Assembly (NCBI GenBank): GCA_964576115.1
Contig: CAZNUA010000008.1
Span: forward strand, 1 to 64,000
Direction of reading: 5' to 3'
Length of the DNA stretch: 64,000 bases
From: an uncultured Gemmatimonadota bacterium
GTDB taxonomy: Bacteria; Blakebacterota; Blakebacteria; Blakebacterales; Blakebacteraceae
The stretch's first letter is position 1. Every line of letters begins with the position of its first letter. The position numbers were made by a program, and so were the translations under genes. The notes beneath the pieces are model-generated. The model searched no databases and was not told where the DNA came from. It saw only the letters and a list, made by a program, of their open reading frames with translations. Shown here in pieces: positions 47,656-56,621 of this stretch.

Positions 47656-50286
47656 ATGAACCTCCTCCCCGTTTCCGTGCGCACCCGACACGTCTCCGGC
47701 ACCCTGGTGGTGCTGCTTCTGGCCCTGGTCCTCTCCCCACCCCTGCAGCTCGAGGCGCAGACTCTGATCACTCCCGAGGAGCACCTCGGTTTCCCGGTCG
47801 GCACCGACAACGAGCTGGCCCACTGGGACGAGATCCTGGCCTACCTGCACCTGGCCGATGCGGCCACCGACCGCATCACGGTCGACATTCTGGGCCAGAG
47901 CACCCTGGGACGCGATCTTCCCCTGGTCATCGTGACCAGCGAGGCGAACATGGCCGATCTGGATCGGATCAGAACGATCAATCAGCGGCTCTACGATCCC
48001 GACTCGATCACGACCGAAGCCGAAGCACAGCGGCTCATCGCCGAGGGCAAGGTCGTTGTCGCGGTCACCCTGGCCATCCACGCTTCCGAGATCGGTTCGA
48101 CCCAGATGGTGCTCGACGCCGTCTACCGGCTGGCCACCGAAGAGAGCCCCTACATCCGGAACATTCTCGACAATGTCGTCCTCCTGCTCTTCCCCTGCCT
48201 GAATCCCGACGGTCAGGCGATGGAGGTGGAGTGGTTCGATCAGACGTTCGGAACCGAGTATGAAGGCGCCCGCCTGCCTACCCTCTACCATCACTATGTC
48301 GGGCACGACACCAACCGCGACGCGTACATGTTCAGTCAGGTCGAGACCCGCCTGCTCGGTCGCGTGCTGTACCATGAATGGTTCCCCGAGGTCTGGCTCG
48401 ACGAGCACCAGATGGGTAACCGCGGGGCCCGCATCTTCATCATGCCGGCCGACGGCCCCCCAAACCCGAACGTCGATCCCTGGATCTACCGCACCGCCGG
48501 CCTGCTCGGCTTCGCCCAGGCTCTGGCTCTCGACGAGGCGGGCAAGCCCGGTGCGGTGTACGGGCAGACCTATACCTACTGGTGGCAGGGTGCCATGGGG
48601 TGGACCGGCTGGTGGCACAACATGGCCGGCATGCTCAGCGAACTGGCCAGTGTGAACAACCTGGCCTCGCCGGTCGAGACACCGGTCGGCGAACTGCAGC
48701 TCCAGCCCGGCGGGGAGCGCGGCGGTGGAGGCGGATATGCGCGCACTGCCGGTGGATCTCCGCCCCGCGACCGCTATCCGCGGGTCAATTACCTGGTGCC
48801 GTGGCAGGGCGGCCGCTGGACTCTGCGCGACATCGTCGATTACGAGCTCATCATCACCTTCGCCCTGCTCGATGCCTGCGCCGACATGCGCGAGAATCTC
48901 CTCTCGGGAATCCGGGAGGTGAACCGGCGCACGGTCGAGAAGGGCCGGGCCGGCAACCCGTGGGCGATCCTGGTTCCCGCCGATCAGCACGACGAGCCCA
49001 CGGTGGCTAAATTCATCTCGATCCTGCGCATGGGCGGGATCGAGATCGAACGGGCCACCGCCCCCTTTACGGCCGGCGGTGAAGCATACCCGGAGGGCAC
49101 CTATGTCATTCCGATGGCGCAGGTCTTCCGCAATTACGCCAAGGACCTGCTCGAACCGCAGGTCTACCCCTCGACCGACGCCCCCTACGACGTCGCGGGC
49201 TGGAGCCTGGGGATGCAGATGGGGATCGAGACAATCTTCGTGGATGATGCCTTTACCTATGAGGGTGAGGCGATCGGCGACGCCCCACCCCTTTCCTGGG
49301 GCCTTTTCGGCGAGGGGAACACCTTCCTGCTCGACGCCCGGGCCAACGACAGCTTCACCGCCGCCCTGCGTCTGCTGCGGGCCGGGCACACGGTCGGTCG
49401 GCTGACCGAGCCGGTCGCGGCGGCCGGCTCTGAACTGCCGGCCGGCACTTTCGTGGTCAGCGGCTCCCGGGCCAGGGCCGACGTCGAAGCCGCTGCCCGC
49501 GACCTGGGTCTCGCGGTGCACGCCGTGGGCCGGACGCGGGCCGGGGTGCGACTCGATCGGGCTCCGCGGGTGGCGCTCTACCAGGCCTGGGGGGGCAACA
49601 TGGAAGAGGGATGGACCCGCTACGTGCTGGACACCTTTGACTTCGAACCGATCACCATCCACCCCGCCGACATCCGGGACCGGACCGATCTGCGCTCATC
49701 GTATGATGCCATCATCTTCGCCGGCGACCGAGTGCGCACCGTCCTCTCGGGGCAGACGGGCGACCGAACCCCCGAGGAGTACCGGGGGGGGATCGAGGAA
49801 TCGGGGATCGAAGCCCTGCGGGAGTTCGTCGACTCCGGCGGCACCCTTGTCCTGATCGGGGGTGCCACCCAGATCGGCACCGAGTGGTTCGAGGTTCCTT
49901 TCGAGAACATGCTGCAGGGCGTGCCGCGCGACAGTTTCTACTGCCCCGGCTCGGTCCTCGAGGTTGACGTTGATCCCTCGGTGTCGATGGCCTGGGGCAT
50001 GCCCGAGCGGGCCTGCGTCATGTTTGCCAGCGATCAGGTCTTCGCACCCGCCGGAGGGGTGGATCCCGAAGCCATGCAGGTCGCCGCCCGTTTCGGGGAC
50101 GAGGATCCCCTGCGCTCGGGCTGGCTGCGCGGGCCCGGGTACCTGGCCGGCGGGATCGGGGCGGTCACCTGGTCATACGGTGACGGCCGGATCGTGCTGC
50201 TGCCCCTGCGCGTACAGCGCCGCTCGCAGACCCACGGCACTTTCAAACTGCTCTTCAATCCGCTTCTGAACAGCGTCAAGAGATGA
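47656..50286 (+). CDS. Large secreted M14-like zinc carboxypeptidase with C-terminal GATase-like domain
   Basis: GQSTLGR, IHASE (HxxE), NPDG, HDTNRD, DEHQMG, YDVAGWSL, EGWTR. Confidence 0.87.
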   Translation: MNLLPVSVRTRHVSGTLVVLLLALVLSPPLQLEAQTLITPEEHLGFPVGTDNELAHWDEILAYLHLADAATDRITVDILGQSTLGRDLPLVIVTSEANMADLDRIRTINQRLYDPDSITTEAEAQRLIAEGKVVVAVTLAIHASEIGSTQMVLDAVYRLATEESPYIRNILDNVVLLLFPCLNPDGQAMEVEWFDQTFGTEYEGARLPTLYHHYVGHDTNRDAYMFSQVETRLLGRVLYHEWFPEVWLDEHQMGNRGARIFIMPADGPPNPNVDPWIYRTAGLLGFAQALALDEAGKPGAVYGQTYTYWWQGAMGWTGWWHNMAGMLSELASVNNLASPVETPVGELQLQPGGERGGGGGYARTAGGSPPRDRYPRVNYLVPWQGGRWTLRDIVDYELIITFALLDACADMRENLLSGIREVNRRTVEKGRAGNPWAILVPADQHDEPTVAKFISILRMGGIEIERATAPFTAGGEAYPEGTYVIPMAQVFRNYAKDLLEPQVYPSTDAPYDVAGWSLGMQMGIETIFVDDAFTYEGEAIGDAPPLSWGLFGEGNTFLLDARANDSFTAALRLLRAGHTVGRLTEPVAAAGSELPAGTFVVSGSRARADVEAAARDLGLAVHAVGRTRAGVRLDRAPRVALYQAWGGNMEEGWTRYVLDTFDFEPITIHPADIRDRTDLRSSYDAIIFAGDRVRTVLSGQTGDRTPEEYRGGIEESGIEALREFVDSGGTLVLIGGATQIGTEWFEVPFENMLQGVPRDSFYCPGSVLEVDVDPSVSMAWGMPERACVMFASDQVFAPAGGVDPEAMQVAARFGDEDPLRSGWLRGPGYLAGGIGAVTWSYGDGRIVLLPLRVQRRSQTHGTFKLLFNPLLNSVKR

Positions 50287-50326
50287 GCCCGGGAGCCCGA
50301 ACCGGGACACGTCCAAAGGAGTATCG

Positions 50327-53200
50327 ATGATGACAATCCGCAGATGGTTCCAGACCGGCCTGGCGGCCGGACTCTGCCTGCTCGTCACGGCCGGCGGCGC
50401 CGGAGCCCAGGTCGGAGCCGAGCACTTGATCCGGGACCTTGCCTGGCGCAACATCGGCCCGGCCAACATGTCGGGCCGGGTCACAGACATCGAGGCCCTC
50501 GATGACGATTACCGGTTCGTGATCGTCGCCTCAGCCTCGGGAGGAGTGTGGAAGTCGGTCAACGCCGGCACGACCTGGGAGCCGATCTTCGACGACTACG
50601 GAGCCGCGTCGATCGGCTCGGTGGCCATCTTCCAGCCCGATCCCGATCTCATCTGGGTCGGCACCGGAGAGCCGAACAACCGCAACAGCGTCGCCTGGGG
50701 GAACGGGATCTACAAGTCCACCGACGGCGGCGAGACCTTCACCCACATGGGTCTTGAGGACACCCACCAGATCTCGCACGTGCTGACCCACCCCACCGAT
50801 CCCGACATCGTTTACGTGGGCGCGATCGGGCATCTGTGGGGCTACAGCGGTGATCGGGGGGTGTTCAAGACCACCGACGGGGGCCGGAACTGGGAGCGGA
50901 TCTTCTACAAGGGGCCCGAGACCGGGTGCAGTGCCCTGGTCATGGACCCGCGCGAGCCCGAAACCCTGTATGCCGGCATGTACCAGCGGCTGCGCCGGCC
51001 GTGGCGGTTCGACAGCGGCGGCCCCGACGGGGGGATCTTCAAGACCACCGACGGAGGGAACACCTGGCGCGAGCTCACCAACGGCCTGCCCCCCGGCGAC
51101 ACCGGTAAGATCGGGCTGGCCATCTCCCGTTCGAATCCCGATGTGCTGGCCGCCTGCGTGGAGGCCGAACAGATCGAGCGGGATGCCGAACTCGATCCCG
51201 CCGATCCGAAATCGGGCATCTACCGCTCCGAGGACGCCGGCGAGAGCTGGAGCTATGTGAACTCCTACAACAACCGCCCCTTCTACTACAGCCATATCTT
51301 CATCAATCCGCAGATCGATGACCGGGTCTACCTCGTCATGGGCAGTTTCCGGTACTCGGAGGACGGCGGCAGCACCCTGCAGCGCATGGGGGGCGGGATC
51401 CACGGCGACTATCACGCCATGTGGTGCGACCCGCACAACCCCGACCGGTTCTACATCGGTAACGACGGCGGGGTGGCCCTGACCCACGACCACTCCGACT
51501 CGTATATCTTCTTCGACAACCTGACCCTGGCCCAGTTCTACGCCGTCGGGGCCGACATGCGCGACCCCTACTACGTCTACGGCGGTCTGCAGGACAACGG
51601 CACCTGGGGCGGTCCCAGCCGCAGCCGCGATTCGCGCGGCATCCTGACCGATGACTGGGCCTCGATCGGCGGCGGGGACGGTTTCCACGTCCAGGTCGAT
51701 CCCGACGACTGGCGCAGCGTCTGGCTCGAGAGCCAGGGGGGGTCGATCCGGCGGATCAACGTCGAGACCCGGCAGAGCTTCGGCGTCCGGCCGGGCGAGG
51801 GGAACATTCTGAACTGGGATGAGTACGTCACCGACGAGATCGTGGCCGCCAACGAGGCCTCCGGGTGGCGCGGCCCCTTCCGCTTCAACTGGTCGGCCCC
51901 GATCGTGATGAGCCCGCACAACGGCCACACGGTCTACTTCGGCGGCAATTACCTCTTCAAGACGGTCGACGAGGGCCGGCACTGGACAATCATCAGTCCC
52001 GACCTCTCGACCGCCGATCCGGTGAAGATGGACCGCGACACCGGCGGCCTGACCTCCGACGTGACCGGGGCCGAGAATCACTGCACCATCATCACCATCT
52101 CGGAATCGCCGCTCACACCGGGGCTGGTCTGGGTCGGCACCGACGACGGCAACGTGCAGCTCACCCGCGACGGCGGCACCACCTGGACCAACGTGCGCTC
52201 CAACGTGCCCCGGGTTCCCGACGGGCTCTGGGTCAGCCGGGTCGAGGCCTCCCACCACGATGAGGGCACCTGCTACCTGACCTTCGACGGCCACCGCTCG
52301 GACGAGTTCACCCCCTGGGTGTTCAAGACCGACGATTACGGCCGGACCTGGACCGACATCTCCTCCAACCTCCCCGACGGGCACTGCGTCTACGTCATCA
52401 AGGAGGATCTGGAGAATCCCGACCTGCTCTTCCTGGGAACCGAGTTCTCCTGCTTCGTCACGCTCACCGGCGGAGCCCGGTGGCACCGGCTCATGAACGG
52501 CCTGCCCACAGTGGCGGTCCACGATCTGCTCATCCATCCCCGCGACCGGGATCTGATCGCCGGCACGCACGGCCGGGGCATCTGGATCCTCGACGACATC
52601 ACCGCCCTGGAGCAGTACAGCGCCGAGATCGCCGAGACCGGGGCGGCCCTGTTCGAAATCCGGCCCGTGACCGACTGGCTCACGGTGAGCCGGGGCGGCT
52701 CGCGCGGCAGCTTCTACTTCTCGGGCGAGAATCCCCCCGACGGGGCCCTGATCCACTTCTACCTCGAGACCCCGGGGACGGTCATCCTGACGGTGAGCGA
52801 CGTGAGCGGCGAACTGGTCTACAGCGAGAACATCGAAGCCGAAGCGGGTCTGACGCGCTGGATCTGGGATCTGAGGTTCGATCCCACCGCCGAGGCTCTG
52901 CGAGAGGCGATTGCCGATCTGCGCGAAACCATCGGCTGGGTTCGCGAGAGCGGCGAACTCAACCGCAGTCAGTTGCGCGAACTTGATCAGATCGAGGCCG
53001 AACTCGGGGGCGAAGTGACCCTGGTCCGTTTCAATGAACTCATGGGTCAGGTCTCCTCCGCCATGGGGTACCGCGGTCGCGGTCCGCGCCGGCCGCTGGC
53101 CGAGCCGGGGACCTACCGGGTCACGCTGACCGTCAACGGCCAGGAATACACCCGGACCGTCACGGTCCGGGCCGATCCGCTGCTCGATCCGGAGCGCTGA
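50327..53200 (+). CDS. Secreted VPS10/BNR (Asp-box) beta-propeller glycoside-hydrolase-like protein
   Basis: WRNIGPANMSGR; about ten S/TxDGGxxW Asp-boxes; GGLQDNG, GGGDGF, GTHGRG. Confidence 0.88.
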   Translation: MMTIRRWFQTGLAAGLCLLVTAGGAGAQVGAEHLIRDLAWRNIGPANMSGRVTDIEALDDDYRFVIVASASGGVWKSVNAGTTWEPIFDDYGAASIGSVAIFQPDPDLIWVGTGEPNNRNSVAWGNGIYKSTDGGETFTHMGLEDTHQISHVLTHPTDPDIVYVGAIGHLWGYSGDRGVFKTTDGGRNWERIFYKGPETGCSALVMDPREPETLYAGMYQRLRRPWRFDSGGPDGGIFKTTDGGNTWRELTNGLPPGDTGKIGLAISRSNPDVLAACVEAEQIERDAELDPADPKSGIYRSEDAGESWSYVNSYNNRPFYYSHIFINPQIDDRVYLVMGSFRYSEDGGSTLQRMGGGIHGDYHAMWCDPHNPDRFYIGNDGGVALTHDHSDSYIFFDNLTLAQFYAVGADMRDPYYVYGGLQDNGTWGGPSRSRDSRGILTDDWASIGGGDGFHVQVDPDDWRSVWLESQGGSIRRINVETRQSFGVRPGEGNILNWDEYVTDEIVAANEASGWRGPFRFNWSAPIVMSPHNGHTVYFGGNYLFKTVDEGRHWTIISPDLSTADPVKMDRDTGGLTSDVTGAENHCTIITISESPLTPGLVWVGTDDGNVQLTRDGGTTWTNVRSNVPRVPDGLWVSRVEASHHDEGTCYLTFDGHRSDEFTPWVFKTDDYGRTWTDISSNLPDGHCVYVIKEDLENPDLLFLGTEFSCFVTLTGGARWHRLMNGLPTVAVHDLLIHPRDRDLIAGTHGRGIWILDDITALEQYSAEIAETGAALFEIRPVTDWLTVSRGGSRGSFYFSGENPPDGALIHFYLETPGTVILTVSDVSGELVYSENIEAEAGLTRWIWDLRFDPTAEALREAIADLRETIGWVRESGELNRSQLRELDQIEAELGGEVTLVRFNELMGQVSSAMGYRGRGPRRPLAEPGTYRVTLTVNGQEYTRTVTVRADPLLDPER

Positions 53201-53274
53201 TCGGTTCCGGGCTGAGACCCCGGGCAGCAGGGTTACCGGGTACAGGATACCCGGGACAGAATTCTGCCGGATTG

Positions 53275-53310
53275 AAAGCGGCGGGGCCGAGTACAGCCCC
53301 GCCGCTTTAT
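53275..53310. terminator. Bidirectional-type intrinsic terminator
   Basis: Perfect 13-bp inverted repeat AAAGCGGCGGGGC-N8-GCCCCGCCGCTTT (53275-53308). Confidence 0.85.
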
Positions 53311-53520
53311 CAACCTTATATACATATTATGCGTCTTTAAAACATCTATATAACACATAATCAACTATATATGTCGATTTATACTCCCTTGACTCTCCTA
53401 TATTCCACAATAATATTCATTCATATGTTAATGAGTATAAATGATTATCATACATATATTACATAAGAATATAATTCTCATTACGTCTTATTATGCTTTA
53501 TTTAATTCATAAGATGCTTA
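53305..53520. other. AT-rich non-coding island
   Basis: 42 G+C in 180 nt (53341-53520, about 23%) in an otherwise strongly GC-rich window. Confidence 0.95.
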
Positions 53521-54219
53521 TTCCGTTGTCCTCGCTCGTACTTTGTCGCTGGTGATCTCCTTCAGAACATCGTTGGCGACCCAGCGCGAGGCCGCCGAGT
53601 CGATGGCGGCGATCCGTTCGGCCGAGCGGATGGCCTCGGCGTTCAGGAAGAGGTTCCGCTTGCCGATCTGGCGCAGAGCCCAGCTCACGGCCTTCTTGAC
53701 ATAGTTGCGTCCGTCATCGCTCTCGTGCTCGAGGCGGGGCAGAAACGCGAGGAAACGTTCGTCGGGGGCATCCTTGTCGTGCCAGGCCAGACAGGCCATC
53801 AGCGCGAACCCCGCTCGTTTCTCGAATTCCCGCTTCCGGCCGCTCCACTCCCGGGCCTTCTCCCAGGCATGGGGGGTGCGGTCGAAGAGGTTCTGGCAGA
53901 CCTGGTCGCACACATCCCAGGAATCGAAGTCTTCGATCCAGGCATCCATCTGCCCGGGGGTGACCTTCTCCGGCTCCCCGACCAGGGCGGCCAGGATCCG
54001 TGCTTCGTGCAGGCCGGTATCCCAGAGGGCGAGCGAAAGCTCCTGGTCCGGCCCGTATTCCTCTCCCAACCGGCGCAGCACCGGCATGGAGATCCCCAGG
54101 GTGTTCTCCGAATTGATCCCGAAGCTGGCCATCCCGTCGACTTTCCCCGGATCGGCCAGGGCCTTCAGGCGTTCGACAACCTCCGCGACCAGCAGCGTTT
54201 TTGTTCTGTCGGTGCTCAC
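53518..54219 (-). CDS. DNA alkylation repair protein (AlkD-like HEAT glycosylase family)
   Basis: GISMP.LR, LW....EARILA, FDSWDVCD, EFEKRAG, D.RNYVKKAVSWALRQIGKR; GTG start overlaps the upstream stop. Confidence 0.88.
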   Translation of the reverse strand: MSTDRTKTLLVAEVVERLKALADPGKVDGMASFGINSENTLGISMPVLRRLGEEYGPDQELSLALWDTGLHEARILAALVGEPEKVTPGQMDAWIEDFDSWDVCDQVCQNLFDRTPHAWEKAREWSGRKREFEKRAGFALMACLAWHDKDAPDERFLAFLPRLEHESDDGRNYVKKAVSWALRQIGKRNLFLNAEAIRSAERIAAIDSAASRWVANDVLKEITSDKVRARTTE

Positions 54220-55730
54220 CGCCGGCCCCGGAAATCGAGCTCGTCCTCGTCGGCCATGTCCATGACCGCCATGAATATCAGCTGAGCCAGATCCTCCATG
54301 ATCTCGGGCGTAATGGTCTCGATCGCATCCAGGGTGTGATGGTAGTACGAAAGCGAGCCCGAAGTCGAAAACGAGAGCGAGGGGACTCCGGCCCACATGA
54401 AGCGGGCCGCATCCAGACGCGGCCGGCCCAGATTGGCATTGGTCGAGGCCCTCATCTGGCGGTGGACGTACGTCTCGTTGGCACGGTCGAGGAAAGCCTG
54501 AAAATCGGGGTAGTTCTGCCCCGCCCCGGCGTTGATGCGATCGCCGCACCCCACCCCGTCCATATTGATCAGACCCACCGTGCGTTCGAGGGGGAAGATC
54601 GGGTGTTCGAGGTAGTACTGCGAACCCACCACGCCCTGCTCCTCGGCGCCGAAGAGCAGAAAGAGGACCGAACGCTTCGGTTTCACGGCAGAACCGGCCA
54701 TGGCACGGGCGATCCCCATGGCGACCGCCACCGCCGAGGCATTGTCGTTTGCTCCGGGGATCATTTCGTAGCAGTAGCCCAGGTGATCGAGATGGCCGCC
54801 GATGATGATCACGTCATTGCGCAGGACCGGATCGGAGCCTTCGATCAGTCCGATCACATTGGCGCCGATCCCTTCGGGATGATGCTCGGTGGTGTTCCTG
54901 ATCGTGAAGGTCTTGCCGGTGGCAAAGGAGTGTGGCTCGAGGGTGTCCCGGATCTGTCCGACGACCTCGCCGTGATCGTACCCTGTCCCGGCAAAGAGAT
55001 CGGCCAGAACGCGCCGGCTGACCATCGAATAGACGAATCCCTCGGCATAGGCGTTGTTGGGATTGACGATGTGATAGTCGTAGAGCAGACCCGCCGCGCC
55101 GTGGGCCACGGCGTTTTCGAGCTTGTACTGATGAAAGGAATAGGACCGCCACGGCATGAAGGTTTCCTCGCCATCCCCCGGCGAGACTGGGGCCTCGGGC
55201 TCAAAGGCCACGATCTTGCCTCTGACATCCACCCCGGCATAGTCGTCATAGCCCAGTTCTGGAGCCGTTATCCCGTAGCCGACGTAGACGACCTCGGCGG
55301 TGACCTCGCCGCTGCCCGAGGTCGAACCGGGGTACCAGTCCTCTTCGTAGACGTAGTGCTTCTCGATCACATTCTCTCCGGCCGGCAGGTGCAGGTAGAG
55401 ATCGCAGTCCCTGAAAACAAGGGTATAGGGAATCGGGAAAGCCTGAAGGTAGGTACCGTTCTCCCCTCCGGGGGCCACTCCCCAGGCCCGGAAGTGGTCG
55501 ATCACCCAGGCGGCGCATTCGTCGAAGGCCCGGGTTCCGGTCAGCCGCCCTTCGAAACGCTCCGAGGCCAGGGTGTCCACCCATCCGTAGAGAGTCTGCG
55601 AGTCGATCGTGTGCATGGCCTGCAGCAGCTGCTCTTCGGCGGTGAGCTGAGCCCGCCCTCTCTGTCCGAGCGCGTTCACCGGCAGGAGCAGAACCAGGCC
55701 CAGCGCAGCCGTCAACGTCTTGCGTGTCAT
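54216..55730 (-). CDS. M28 family aminopeptidase with PA domain, secreted
   Basis: EGRLTG, YVGYGI, GGHLDH, PGANDNAS, AEEQG, NMD, YHH..D. Confidence 0.92.
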   Translation of the reverse strand: MTRKTLTAALGLVLLLPVNALGQRGRAQLTAEEQLLQAMHTIDSQTLYGWVDTLASERFEGRLTGTRAFDECAAWVIDHFRAWGVAPGGENGTYLQAFPIPYTLVFRDCDLYLHLPAGENVIEKHYVYEEDWYPGSTSGSGEVTAEVVYVGYGITAPELGYDDYAGVDVRGKIVAFEPEAPVSPGDGEETFMPWRSYSFHQYKLENAVAHGAAGLLYDYHIVNPNNAYAEGFVYSMVSRRVLADLFAGTGYDHGEVVGQIRDTLEPHSFATGKTFTIRNTTEHHPEGIGANVIGLIEGSDPVLRNDVIIIGGHLDHLGYCYEMIPGANDNASAVAVAMGIARAMAGSAVKPKRSVLFLLFGAEEQGVVGSQYYLEHPIFPLERTVGLINMDGVGCGDRINAGAGQNYPDFQAFLDRANETYVHRQMRASTNANLGRPRLDAARFMWAGVPSLSFSTSGSLSYYHHTLDAIETITPEIMEDLAQLIFMAVMDMADEDELDFRGRR

Positions 55731-55877
55731 CGTATTCCCCTCACTTCGACTTTCTGGTGTCCTCACGGAGTGTAGCCCTGCCGCCCGGGTCTGTCATCGG
55801 GTGATTAGGCCGGATACTGAGTGAATATGCCTGACCTCGTGGAGGGGGGAAAGCCTCGGCCGGATAAACGAATAAAC

Positions 55878-55909
55878 TTGATACGTTTAATCGTATGTTC
55901 TAGTATCAA
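55878..55909 (+). promoter_or_regulatory. Sigma70 promoter overlapped by a candidate TetR operator
   Basis: TTGATA-17 nt-TAGTAT (55878-55906). Inverted repeats: TTGATAC...GTATCAA (55878-55909) and ATACG-N6-CGTAT (55881-55896). Confidence 0.7.
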
Positions 55910-55985
55910 TACCGAGAGCGGAACCGACGGTCAAAGCCGATCCGGACGGGAATCCGCACTGGACAAGCACAGAGGATTGATACCG

Positions 55986-56621
55986 ATGCCGGACGAACCG
56001 GACGGAAAGACCGAATCCAGACCCGAGCGCGATCCGCGGCAGGAGCGGCTCTTTACCGCCGCCACCCCGCTCTTCGAACGGTACGGGTACCGCAAGACAA
56101 CCATCCAGGAGATCTGCCGCTCGGCGGGTATGAGCAAGCGGACCTTCTACGAGCTTTTCAGCGACAAGGCCGACCTCTTCATCCAGCTGATGGAAAGTGT
56201 GATGAACCGGGAAGCCGAGCGATGGGAAGCCGAACTGCCCGCCGATCTCGATCCCCTCGGCCGCCTGCACGCCCTGATCGACCTCTACGATCGCATCATC
56301 CGGGAACACCCCTCGATGATGGCGATCCTGGAAGACATCGACATGATGAAGCGGTTTTCCGAGCGGATGGAACAGGTCCGTTTCGTGCAGATGGGCGGAA
56401 CCCTGCACCAGATTCTCAACGATGGTGTCGCGACCGGCCAGTTCCGCTCGATGGAGACCGGAATCGCCGTCTGGCTCATCTTCACCCTGCTCGACACCGT
56501 CTACATGCTCTTCCCCACCCTCATGGGAATTCCCGGTGCGCTCGAAAACCCCGTCCTGGCTGAAGAAACTCGCCGTTTCATCGTCCACAGCCTGGGAGTG
56601 AGCGAGGAGACAATCCGATGA
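55986..56621 (+). CDS. TetR/AcrR family transcriptional regulator
   Basis: LF..YGY..TTIQEICRSAGMSKRTFY..F..K HTH; G...GQFR. Confidence 0.93.
   Translation: MPDEPDGKTESRPERDPRQERLFTAATPLFERYGYRKTTIQEICRSAGMSKRTFYELFSDKADLFIQLMESVMNREAERWEAELPADLDPLGRLHALIDLYDRIIREHPSMMAILEDIDMMKRFSERMEQVRFVQMGGTLHQILNDGVATGQFRSMETGIAVWLIFTLLDTVYMLFPTLMGIPGALENPVLAEETRRFIVHSLGVSEETIR

Noticed and set aside
50560-52490. Recurring TTCAAGACCACCGACGG-like DNA repeats
   Set aside because: They encode Asp-box/BNR protein repeats; irregular spacing, not a CRISPR array.
53218-53262. Three degenerate CCGGG..CAG repeats and a small CCGGGTA/TACCCGG hairpin
   Set aside because: Too short and GC-rich to distinguish from chance; no convincing copies elsewhere in the window.
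53307-53409. Degenerate DnaA-box-like 9-mers (TTATCAACC, TTATATACA, TATTCCACA) in the AT island, as a possible oriC
   Set aside because: No perfect TTATCCACA and no dnaA/dnaN/gidA/parAB context; such matches arise by chance in AT-rich DNA.
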